The notes below the pieces were generated by a model. It did not search any database. It saw nothing but the letters and a program-made list of their open reading frames with translations, and was not told the DNA's origin. Both the position numbers and the translations under genes were made by a program. From Candidatus Saganbacteria bacterium (GTDB lineage: Bacteria; Margulisbacteria; WOR-1; JAKLHX01): DNA of 32,000 nt. The stretch is taken from NCBI GenBank assembly GCA_026387835.1, contig JAPLKZ010000004.1:92983-124982 (forward strand), in the 5' to 3' direction. Each line of letters opens with the position of its first letter. Positions within the stretch are counted from its first letter, which is position 1. Positions 8,827 through 15,685 of the stretch are shown one piece after another.

Positions 8827-10515
8827 TTAGAACGCCCTTCCTTTAAGCATCAATAAATGCTCGATGATGGGTCCGAGAGAAAGTGCGGGGAAAAATGTCA
8901 AGACCCCGACTATTATTATAACTCCCACAAGAAGAGCCGCGAACAGAAAATTATCCGTAGTAAAAGTGCCGCTTGAGACAGGCGTTATTTTTTTTACCGC
9001 GAGGCTGCCGGCTATCACCATCGCGGGGATTATCACCCCGAACCTTCCTATGATCATAGCTATACCAAGAAGAACGTTATAAAAGACCGTATTCGCATTG
9101 AGACCCGCAAAAGCGCTGCCATTGTTCTGGGATGCCGAGGAAAAAGCATAAAGCATCTCACTGAAACCATGAGGACCTTTACTGAGCAGACTTGAAAGGC
9201 CAGCCGGCAGAACACACGCTGCTGCCGTTCCAAGGAGTATCGCGGCAGACGGAAGAAGTATCGAAAGTATGACCATCTGCACTTCTTTGCGCTCGATCTT
9301 TTTGCCGAGATATTCCGGTGTACGCCCCACCATCAGCCCTGCAAGGAACACCGTGAGCAGGACCATGTGGAGCATTCCGTACATACCTGACCCAACGCCT
9401 CCGAATATTATCTCGCCAAGCATCAGATTGAACAGGGCGATTCCTCCGGTAATGGGCGTCAGAGACGAATGCATAGCATTTACCGATCCGTTGGAGACTG
9501 AGGTAGTGGCAGTTGCCCAGATCACGCTGTTTGTTATTCCCAGCCTCATCTCCTGTCCTTCGTGTATCGTCGTGACAGCAGTATTCGAATATGAAAATTC
9601 GGAAAACAAAGCTACCCCGAGAGAAATGGCAAAAACAGCGAACATTACATAGAATAAAAGCCATCCGTGTTTTTTGTTACCGATCATCACTCCATATGTA
9701 TATACCAGAGCTGCCGGCAGCATCAGAAGAGCAAGCATCTCAAGGAAATTAGATAATGGCGTCGGGTTTTCATAAGGATGAGCGCTGTTCGCGTTAAAGA
9801 AACCTCCGCCGTTCGTACCCAGCTGTTTTATCGCGATCTGCGAGGCGGCCGGGCCCATCGGCAGCGTCTGCGAAGATCCCTGCACAGTAACGGCCGTCTT
9901 ATATGGAGAAAAGTTCTGTATTACGCCCTGACCCGCGAGCAGGACCGCAAGGATCACTGATAAAGGCAATAATACATATATAAGAGTTCGGACAATGTCT
10001 ACCCAGAAATTCCCCAGCGACTTCGCTGTTTTTGAGATTATTCCCCGAGTGAGCGCCAGGAATACTGCAAACCCAGTTGCCGCACTTAAGAAATTCTGTA
10101 CAGCAAGACCCAGCATTTGTGTAAGATAGCTCATCGTCGACTCGCCGGCGTAACCCTGCCAGTTCGTGTTCGTCATAAAGCTCGCGGCCGTGTTAAACGC
10201 GCTGTCCCAGCTTACGTTTGCCAGATTTTGGGGGTTCAGAGGAAGATAGCGCTGCGTCAGTTGAAGGACAAAAACGAACAAAAACCCTATAAAGTTGAAC
10301 CATAGAAGTGCTTTTGTATAATCTTTCCAGTCCATCTCCTCTTCTTCGTCAATCCCGCATACTTTATATATAAGTTTTTCAAGCCAGCCGAGCAAAACGT
10401 GCATGAAAGTCTTTTTCCCCTGAAAGACCTTTGCCATAAAAAGGCCCAGGACCGGGGTAAGCAATATGAGTGCGGCACAATAAACAATCACCTGAAAATA
10501 ATCAATGCTTTTCAT
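8827..10515 (-). CDS. kdpA: K+-transporting ATPase subunit A
   Basis: 562 aa polytopic membrane protein with a typical KdpA N-terminus and NGGGFF selectivity-filter-like segments. Located immediately upstream of kdpB. Confidence 0.95.
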   Translation of the reverse strand: MKSIDYFQVIVYCAALILLTPVLGLFMAKVFQGKKTFMHVLLGWLEKLIYKVCGIDEEEEMDWKDYTKALLWFNFIGFLFVFVLQLTQRYLPLNPQNLANVSWDSAFNTAASFMTNTNWQGYAGESTMSYLTQMLGLAVQNFLSAATGFAVFLALTRGIISKTAKSLGNFWVDIVRTLIYVLLPLSVILAVLLAGQGVIQNFSPYKTAVTVQGSSQTLPMGPAASQIAIKQLGTNGGGFFNANSAHPYENPTPLSNFLEMLALLMLPAALVYTYGVMIGNKKHGWLLFYVMFAVFAISLGVALFSEFSYSNTAVTTIHEGQEMRLGITNSVIWATATTSVSNGSVNAMHSSLTPITGGIALFNLMLGEIIFGGVGSGMYGMLHMVLLTVFLAGLMVGRTPEYLGKKIERKEVQMVILSILLPSAAILLGTAAACVLPAGLSSLLSKGPHGFSEMLYAFSSASQNNGSAFAGLNANTVFYNVLLGIAMIIGRFGVIIPAMVIAGSLAVKKITPVSSGTFTTDNFLFAALLVGVIIIVGVLTFFPALSLGPIIEHLLMLKGRAF

Positions 10516-10524
10516 GAATATCCC

Positions 10525-10608
10525 TTAGAATTTCTCCGGGTTCATCATCGCGTATACGAGATAGCCCAGCATAACGAGCGCTATCAGACCTGACAAAATA
10601 AAACCCAT
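10525..10608 (-). CDS. kdpF: K+-transporting ATPase subunit F (27 aa)
   Basis: Below the ORF-track size cut-off. Manual translation gives MGFILSGLIALVMLGYLVYAMMNPEKF, close to the E. coli KdpF C-terminus LLGYLVYALINAEAF. Ends 9 nt before kdpA. AAGGA Shine-Dalgarno upstream. Confidence 0.8.
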   Translation of the reverse strand: MGFILSGLIALVMLGYLVYAMMNPEKF

Positions 10609-10627
10609 ATTATATTCCTTTTGGTTG

Positions 10628-10636
10628 ATTATAACA
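10628..10636 (-). promoter_or_regulatory. extended -10 element (TGTTATAAT) proximal to kdpF
   Basis: Minus strand TGTTATAAT lies 19 nt upstream of the kdpF ATG, with AAGGA between them. The -35 is weak (TTAAAT at 17-nt spacing). Confidence 0.35.
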
Positions 10637-10648
10637 GGTTAACAGGCC

Positions 10649-10762
10649 TTATTTAAATCGTCCTGTCATCAACAATATTGTATAAACGATCGACATTCCG
10701 ATCAGATAAACGGCACCGAATATGAAGACTATTACTACTATCCCTGCAATAATACTTATCAT
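10649..10762 (-). CDS. candidate 37-aa hydrophobic membrane peptide upstream of kdpF
   Basis: Manual translation gives MISIIAGIVVIVFIFGAVYLIGMSIVYTILLMTGRFK. AGGA lies 7 nt upstream of the ATG. Same strand as kdpF, with its stop 40 nt upstream of the kdpF start. Too short for the ORF track. Confidence 0.35.
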   Translation of the reverse strand: MISIIAGIVVIVFIFGAVYLIGMSIVYTILLMTGRFK

Positions 10763-10817
10763 GGATAAATCCTATCATCGTGTCAAGTCAAATTGGAGTA
10801 AAAAGGCAATCTCAACC

Positions 10818-10834
10818 CGTAAAAATAGCGTAAA
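10818..10834 (-). promoter_or_regulatory. candidate KdpE operator (direct repeat TTTACG-N5-TTTACG)
   Basis: Minus strand reads taTTTTACGctaTTTTTACGgg, two identical TTTTACG 7-mers with 11-bp periodicity. This resembles, from memory, the E. coli KdpE site TTTATA-N5-TTTACA. It lies 56 nt upstream of the 37-aa ORF start. Confidence 0.35.
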
Positions 10835-10865
10835 ATACCAAGGATATTTGTTCGAATGTTTATAG

Positions 10866-10939
10866 TGGCTGCGGGACTAGGATTCGAACCTAGACAGCCA
10901 GCTTCAGAGACTGGCGTCCTACCATTAGACGATCCCGCA
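10866..10939 (-). tRNA. tRNA-Gln (anticodon CUG), CCA encoded
   Basis: Manual cloverleaf. Acceptor TGCGGGA/TCCCGCA has the U1:A72 pair typical of bacterial tRNA-Gln, with discriminator G and CCA. D stem GTCT/GGAC. Anticodon stem CCAGT/GCTGG with loop CTCTGAA. T arm CTAGG-TTCGAAT-CCTAG. 74 nt. Confidence 0.9.
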
Positions 10940-10944
10940 AAGAG

Positions 10945-11034
10945 AATTACTAATGACTAATGCTTAATGACTAATGAAGGAGTAATTATTTAATAATAAT
11001 ATTTTCATTAATTAGACATTAGTCATTAGTAATT
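10945..11034. repeat. 18-bp perfect inverted repeat (AATTACTAATGACTAATG / CATTAGTCATTAGTAATT) separated by 54 nt
   Basis: Left arm 10945-10962 and right arm 11017-11034 are exact reverse complements. Both are embedded in heptamer arrays: (ACTAATG)n at 10949-10976 and (ATTAGTN)n at 11006-11041. Confidence 0.85.
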
Positions 11035-11041
11035 AGTCATT
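11008..11041. repeat. direct repeat copy A (34 nt, ATTAGTN heptamers)
   Basis: TTAATTAGACATTAGTCATTAGTAATTAGTCATT matches copy B at 31 of 34 positions. Lies 21 nt downstream of the four-helix-bundle gene stop. Confidence 0.85.
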
Positions 11042-11062
11042 TTATTGAACAAGAATATTATA

Positions 11063-11413
11063 TCAGGATTTCGACTTACGTATAATCGCGGCAAGTATCA
11101 ATATAATCTCGCGGCATTCACTTGTAATGTTTTCAAGTTCTTTTTTGTTATCAGCATTGTTAATTAATTCGGCTTCTTTCATTATTTTAAGCCAATATTC
11201 GGTTTCCTGAGCCTCCTTTTTTGCTATAAAGACTTTATTGATAAAATCTTTCTTTGAACAGGCTGAATCGGCTTCAGTCATATTCGCTCCGATAGATGCG
11301 GCGCTCCTTAAAAGCTGATCATTGATAATGTTTATTGAGGGGTTCTTTGAAATACGTTTTATAAACTTAACTATTTGTACCGCAAACCGCAACGTCCTAT
11401 CCTGTATTTCCAT
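11063..11413 (-). CDS. four-helix-bundle protein (23S rRNA intervening-sequence protein / Avd family, TIGR02436-like)
   Basis: 116 aa. QLLRSAASIGANMTEADSACSKKDFINKVFIAKKEAQETEYWL matches the family signature (RSa.SI.aNi.EG....s.kDf...l.iA.gS..E...wl). Confidence 0.85.
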   Translation of the reverse strand: MEIQDRTLRFAVQIVKFIKRISKNPSINIINDQLLRSAASIGANMTEADSACSKKDFINKVFIAKKEAQETEYWLKIMKEAELINNADNKKELENITSECREIILILAAIIRKSKS

Positions 11414-11429
11414 TTTACAATGATTTTCC

Positions 11430-11463
11430 TTAATTAGTTATTAGTCATTAGAAATTAGTCATT
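11430..11463. repeat. direct repeat copy B (34 nt, ATTAGTN heptamers)
   Basis: TTAATTAGTTATTAGTCATTAGAAATTAGTCATT. Lies 16 nt upstream of the four-helix-bundle ATG and ends exactly at the stop codon (11464) of the neighbouring 82-aa gene. Confidence 0.85.
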
Positions 11464-11712
11464 CTACACCGGCGGTTTCCACCATTGCGGCTGTGCGATC
11501 AGAATATATGCTCCGTATAACAATATAATAGCCGCAGCTGCTGCAAAAACCCAAAAATTAATGTCGCGTTTCCTGCCGTTCTTTACCATGACAGCTGTGG
11601 CAATGAATGCTATAAGCGAAAGTATTATCAAAGCGGAACCTTTAAATACCGGACTTTCGCTTATATACCTTATTATTTTAGAGCCGGTCTCAAAATCGAT
11701 GAATTTTAACAT
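11464..11712 (-). CDS. small membrane protein (2 predicted TM helices), hypothetical
   Basis: 82 aa with two hydrophobic stretches (ALIILSLIAFIATAVMV and FWVFAAAAAIILLYGAYILIA). No family recognised. Confidence 0.5.
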   Translation of the reverse strand: MLKFIDFETGSKIIRYISESPVFKGSALIILSLIAFIATAVMVKNGRKRDINFWVFAAAAAIILLYGAYILIAQPQWWKPPV

Positions 11713-11722
11713 GTTCTTATAA

Positions 11723-11731
11723 TGATATAAT
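11723..11731 (+). promoter_or_regulatory. extended -10 (TGATATAAT) for nadB, predicted leaderless
   Basis: TGATATAAT lies 10 nt upstream of the nadB ATG (11742) with no Shine-Dalgarno. A second TATAAT lies at 11718-11723. The whole divergent intergenic region is 29 bp. Confidence 0.45.
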
Positions 11732-11741
11732 ACATCTAATA

Positions 11742-13340
11742 ATGAAAGTTTTCAATTGTGATTTTCTTGTTGTCGGCGGAGGCATTTCAGGCCTGAGAGC
11801 GGCGCTCACGGCATCTAAATTCGGACAGGTCATACTGCTTACCAAGGGGAAGACCGAAGAGACCGCGACGGAAAAAGCGCAGGGAGGCATCGCGGCGGCT
11901 ATCGACAAAGAAAAAGATTCCACCACCTTCCACCTTGAAGACACCCTTTCAGCCGGAGCGGGCCTCTGTGACAGCGATGCCGTAAAAGTCCTTGTCAACG
12001 ACGGAGTTGAAAGGGTGAAAGAGCTCATCGAAATGGGCGCTGATTTTGACCGCACGCCTTCGGGTTTCGAGCTCAATATCGAAGGCGCCCACAGAAGGCG
12101 AAGGATACTGCATGCCGGCGACTACACCGGAAGCGAGATCGCCAAGACCCTTGCGGCAAAGGCCATCAAAGAAAAGAATATCAGGGTGATGAACTTTGTA
12201 TTCGGAAAAGATCTTCTCGTAAAGGACGGAAAATGCTGCGGGATAGATGCTTTTGACGCGAAGACCGATGAACTTATGAGATTTCTTGCTCCGGCGACCA
12301 TCCTTTCGACCGGCGGTGTCTGCCAGATCTATCTTTACACCACCAATCCCGAATTTGCCACGGGTGACGGCATTGCAATGGCCTATAGAGCGGGAGCAGA
12401 ACTTAGCGATATGGAATTCGTCCAGTTCCACCCTACCGCTCTTGTCCAGTTCAAAGGCCTCGGCGAAGAGGTCGCTTTCCCTCAATTCTTGATATCTGAA
12501 GCTGTCCGCGGCGAAGGCGCTCTGCTTCTGAACAAGCACGGAGAACGCTTCATGGATAAATATCATATACAGGCCGAGCTTGCTCCGAGAGATATCGTCT
12601 CAAGGGCCATATACGACGAGATGAAAAAGACCGATTCGGACCACGTGCATCTCAATCTTTCCGGGATAGACCCTGAAAAAGTAAAAAAACGTTTCCCGAC
12701 CATTTACAGGACCTGTAAAGAAGCAGGCATGGACCTCACAGCCGATGATATCCCTGTGGCTCCCGCGGCGCATTATTTCATGGGCGGGATAAGGACAGAT
12801 CTTGAAGCAAGGACAAATATAAAAGGCTTGTGGGCTGCGGGAGAAGTGATGTCATCGGGAGTACATGGCGCGAACCGTTTAGCAAGTAATTCGCTATTGG
12901 AAGGAGTCGTTTTCGGTCATAGAGCGGCGTTGTCGGCAAAAGAGTATCTAAATGCTCTACCCGAACCTGAACGGTTCGGCTCTGATAAACCGGAGCCGAC
13001 TCGTTTAGAGTCGGGTAATATTAAAAGAGGTTTATTAAATGATCTTTCCAAACATCGCCATTTCATTAAAAAGCTGATGTGGGACAACGTAGGGATAATC
13101 AGGACCGGCATGGGACTTGAAAAAGCCGTAAAAGAATTGACTCTGCTTGAAAAAGCTCTTGATCATGATCCGATGACCGTTCAGGAAAGAGAATTGAAGA
13201 ATATGGCCCTTGTGGGAAGACTGATCAGCCAGGCGGCCCTGGACAGGAAAGAATCAAGGGGAGCGCATTTCAGGACGGATCATTCTGAAAGAGATGATAA
13301 GAACTGGAAGAAACACCTCATTTACCGGTCTCGCGTTTGA
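11742..13340 (+). CDS. nadB: L-aspartate oxidase
   Basis: 532 aa. FAD fold DFLVVGGGISGLRAAL, fumarate-reductase/succinate-dehydrogenase flavoprotein-like core, HYFMGGI, NRLASNSLLEGVVFG, ESRGAHFR. The size fits NadB rather than SdhA. Confidence 0.9.
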   Translation: MKVFNCDFLVVGGGISGLRAALTASKFGQVILLTKGKTEETATEKAQGGIAAAIDKEKDSTTFHLEDTLSAGAGLCDSDAVKVLVNDGVERVKELIEMGADFDRTPSGFELNIEGAHRRRRILHAGDYTGSEIAKTLAAKAIKEKNIRVMNFVFGKDLLVKDGKCCGIDAFDAKTDELMRFLAPATILSTGGVCQIYLYTTNPEFATGDGIAMAYRAGAELSDMEFVQFHPTALVQFKGLGEEVAFPQFLISEAVRGEGALLLNKHGERFMDKYHIQAELAPRDIVSRAIYDEMKKTDSDHVHLNLSGIDPEKVKKRFPTIYRTCKEAGMDLTADDIPVAPAAHYFMGGIRTDLEARTNIKGLWAAGEVMSSGVHGANRLASNSLLEGVVFGHRAALSAKEYLNALPEPERFGSDKPEPTRLESGNIKRGLLNDLSKHRHFIKKLMWDNVGIIRTGMGLEKAVKELTLLEKALDHDPMTVQERELKNMALVGRLISQAALDRKESRGAHFRTDHSERDDKNWKKHLIYRSRV

Positions 13341-13821
13341 ACTCGCCCGGCTTTAGATCGTCGAGCTTATAGGGTCCGACTGCTATCCTGACCAGCCGGA
13401 GGCATGGCAGGCCTACTGCAGCCGTCATCTTTCTTACCTGCCTATTACGCCCTTCAGTGACCGATATTTCAAGCCAGGAAGCGGGGATTGTTTTCCGGTA
13501 CCTTACCGGTTTTGATCTTTCCCATAATACCGGTTCGCCGATCATCCTGACCCTGGCAGGAAGAGTTTTTTTTCCTTCAATGATGATCCCTCTTGCAATT
13601 TTATCGATCTGCACTTTTTCCGGGATGCCTTCGACCTGCGCTATATAGGTCTTGAGTTTTTTGCAGAGCGGGTCGGTCAGGTTATGGAGAAGATCTCCGT
13701 TATTTGAAAGAACGACAAGCCCTTCGCTGTCAAGGTCGAGCCTGCCTGCGGGATAGATATCCGGGATGTCCAGATAGTTTTTTAAAGTCGGACGGCCCTG
13801 TTTGTCGGTGAACTGGCACAA
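13318..13821 (-). CDS. RsuA/RluE-family rRNA pseudouridine synthase (no S4 domain)
   Basis: Catalytic-Asp motif AGRLDLDSEGLVVLSNNG, plus YIAQVEG and EGRNRQVRKMTAAVGLPCLRLVRI, which resembles E. coli RluE. Coordinates follow the ORF-track TTG start. The conserved N-terminal strand IIILFNKPYGVL is encoded in frame upstream (to about 13854) without a canonical start codon (see findings). Confidence 0.8.
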   Translation of the reverse strand: MCQFTDKQGRPTLKNYLDIPDIYPAGRLDLDSEGLVVLSNNGDLLHNLTDPLCKKLKTYIAQVEGIPEKVQIDKIARGIIIEGKKTLPARVRMIGEPVLWERSKPVRYRKTIPASWLEISVTEGRNRQVRKMTAAVGLPCLRLVRIAVGPYKLDDLKPGEFKRETGK

Positions 13822-13861
13822 GACACCGTAAGGTTTATTAAAGAGGATAATGATCCTTTTA

Positions 13862-15388
13862 TCACTTCGGATAGATCCTTACCTTCCTGTTAGGTTCCTC
13901 GCCAACCGACTGCGCCTTCATATTATGACGCTCTATCAGCTGATGCTGAAGACGCCTGATATAGGAGTTCTGGGGGGACAGGTCGATGGTTTTGCGCGTA
14001 TTCTTGACCTCCTCGACAGCTTCTTCCACCTCGGACACGGCTGTCTTTTCTATCTCATCCTGGTCCGGAGATATCTTGAAAAAATTCTTCAGGAACCTTG
14101 TCACCTGGTTCGCCGTGCCGCCTTTCAGGACATGAAGCGGAATTTTATGACTGCCGGCAAGCTTCACTATCTTCGGGTCCGCCGAAGCTTTGGCCCTTGT
14201 GGTTATGATGATATCGGCATCATCGAGATTGTCGACCACGGAAGCAGGCACGTTTACCGCGTTTATCACCCTGTTCACCCTGCTGTTGTTCATGCCGTAA
14301 GCGTAGATCTTTGTCTCGTTGTCCTGTTTTTCTTCAATCGTTTTTTCTATCTCCTCGTCGCTGATCTCCGGCATCGGCTCGATCGCTTTCTGTTTTATCT
14401 CGATCTTCCCGTCGGCTTTCCTGACCCTGACCTCCGGCGTCGGGATCCTTCCCCGGAGGAACTGGTCAACGGCTGAGGCAGTGTCTTTATAGATCGCCAT
14501 CACATCGCGCTCCCTGATCTCGACCACAGTGTCAAAGGTGGGAGGGGCTTTTCTTTCAAGTACCGCTTTTTGCGTCCTTCTTCTCTTTGCTTCTTCATCG
14601 CCGAGGATCACTGTCTGTATGCCTCCGGCAAGATCGCTGAGAGTGGGATTTGAGATAAGGTTCTCAAGCGTCTGGCCGTGAGCGGTCCCGATAAGGACGA
14701 CACCTCTTTCCGCGATCGTCCTTGCCGCTTCCGCCTCCGCCTCGGTCCCTATTTCGTCGATGATTATCACTTCCGGCATGTGGTTCTCCACGGCTTCAAT
14801 CATGACAGCATGCTGTTTTTCCGGTGAAGGCACCTGCATCCTCCGGGCTTTGCCGATTCCTTCGTGGGGGATATCGCCGTCGCCGGCGATCTCGTTGCTG
14901 GTGTCCACCACTATGACGCGCTTGCCCAGCTCTCCGCTGAGGACGCGCGCGGCTTCGCGCAGTTTTGTCGTCTTCCCTATACCAGGAGGCCCCATGAACA
15001 AGATGCTTTTATTGGATTTGATAATGTCCTTTATGATGTCGATCGTACCGTAGGCCGCCCTGCCCACCCTGCATGTCAGGCCGATTATCTTTCCTGTCCT
15101 GTTCCTTATGGCGGATATCCTGTGGAGAGTCCTTTCTATCCCTGCCCTGTTGTCCGACGTGAACATGCCCACTTTTGAAGAAATATGGTCGATGTCCTCC
15201 TGTTTTACGAATTCATCCTCCAGGTAAAATACTTTTTTTTCAAAACGGACCTCCGGCATCTTTCCTAGGTCGAGGATGACTTCTATCATGTCGGAAAAAT
15301 CAACGGATGAATATATCTTGTCTTTTATGCGGGAGGGAAGCACTTCCAGGAGCGTCTTAATAGCATCTGAGATCTTGATCTCGGCCAC
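13862..15388 (-). CDS. Ycf45/SpoIIIAA-like AAA ATPase with C-terminal R3H domain
   Basis: 508 aa. Walker A GPPGIGKTT and Walker B VIIIDEIG. The RAGIERTLHRISAIRNR segment is typical of SpoIIIAA/Ycf45-like proteins. C-terminal R3H-like region (PQNSYIRRLQHQLIERHNM). The GTG start directly abuts the hup stop. Confidence 0.7.
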   Translation of the reverse strand: MAEIKISDAIKTLLEVLPSRIKDKIYSSVDFSDMIEVILDLGKMPEVRFEKKVFYLEDEFVKQEDIDHISSKVGMFTSDNRAGIERTLHRISAIRNRTGKIIGLTCRVGRAAYGTIDIIKDIIKSNKSILFMGPPGIGKTTKLREAARVLSGELGKRVIVVDTSNEIAGDGDIPHEGIGKARRMQVPSPEKQHAVMIEAVENHMPEVIIIDEIGTEAEAEAARTIAERGVVLIGTAHGQTLENLISNPTLSDLAGGIQTVILGDEEAKRRRTQKAVLERKAPPTFDTVVEIRERDVMAIYKDTASAVDQFLRGRIPTPEVRVRKADGKIEIKQKAIEPMPEISDEEIEKTIEEKQDNETKIYAYGMNNSRVNRVINAVNVPASVVDNLDDADIIITTRAKASADPKIVKLAGSHKIPLHVLKGGTANQVTRFLKNFFKISPDQDEIEKTAVSEVEEAVEEVKNTRKTIDLSPQNSYIRRLQHQLIERHNMKAQSVGEEPNRKVRIYPK

Positions 15389-15667
15389 TTATTTTCCTCT
15401 GACGGCCTTTTTAAGGTTGAACCCTGCCACAAAAGTAGGGCACTTGGTCATCGGGATCTCGATCTTTTCGCCTGTGCGGGGGTTCCTGCCGACCCTTCCT
15501 TTGCGGTTCTTTACCGTGAAGTTGCCGAACCCGACAAGCCGGACTTTTTCGCCTTTCACAAGGGCCTCTGTCATGAACGCGACCGCCGATTCAAGCATCT
15601 CTTCCATCTTTGATCTTTTACCGTCAAACTTTTTTGCGAGCTTATCGGCCAACTGTTTTTGGTTCAT
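15389..15667 (-). CDS. hup: HU-family DNA-binding protein
   Basis: 92 aa. GFGNFTVKNRKGRVGRNPRTGEKIEIP is the HU/IHF arm signature. Confidence 0.9.
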   Translation of the reverse strand: MNQKQLADKLAKKFDGKRSKMEEMLESAVAFMTEALVKGEKVRLVGFGNFTVKNRKGRVGRNPRTGEKIEIPMTKCPTFVAGFNLKKAVRGK

Positions 15668-15685
15668 GTTTTACCACCTCTTTTA

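Noticed and set aside
10609-10865. Possible c-di-AMP (ydaO/kimA-type) or other riboswitch in the 257-bp region upstream of the kdp genes.
   Set aside because: I read the minus strand in full. It is AT-rich, lacks the GC-rich paired helices and conserved ACGGGGA/CCGA-type elements, and is largely occupied by the 37-aa ORF. An Infernal scan would be the definitive test.
10945-11463. The heptamer arrays as a CRISPR array, or the locus as a diversity-generating retroelement because of the Avd-family protein.
   Set aside because: The period is 7 nt with no spacers, so it is not a CRISPR. No reverse transcriptase, template or variable repeat pair, or target gene is present in the window.
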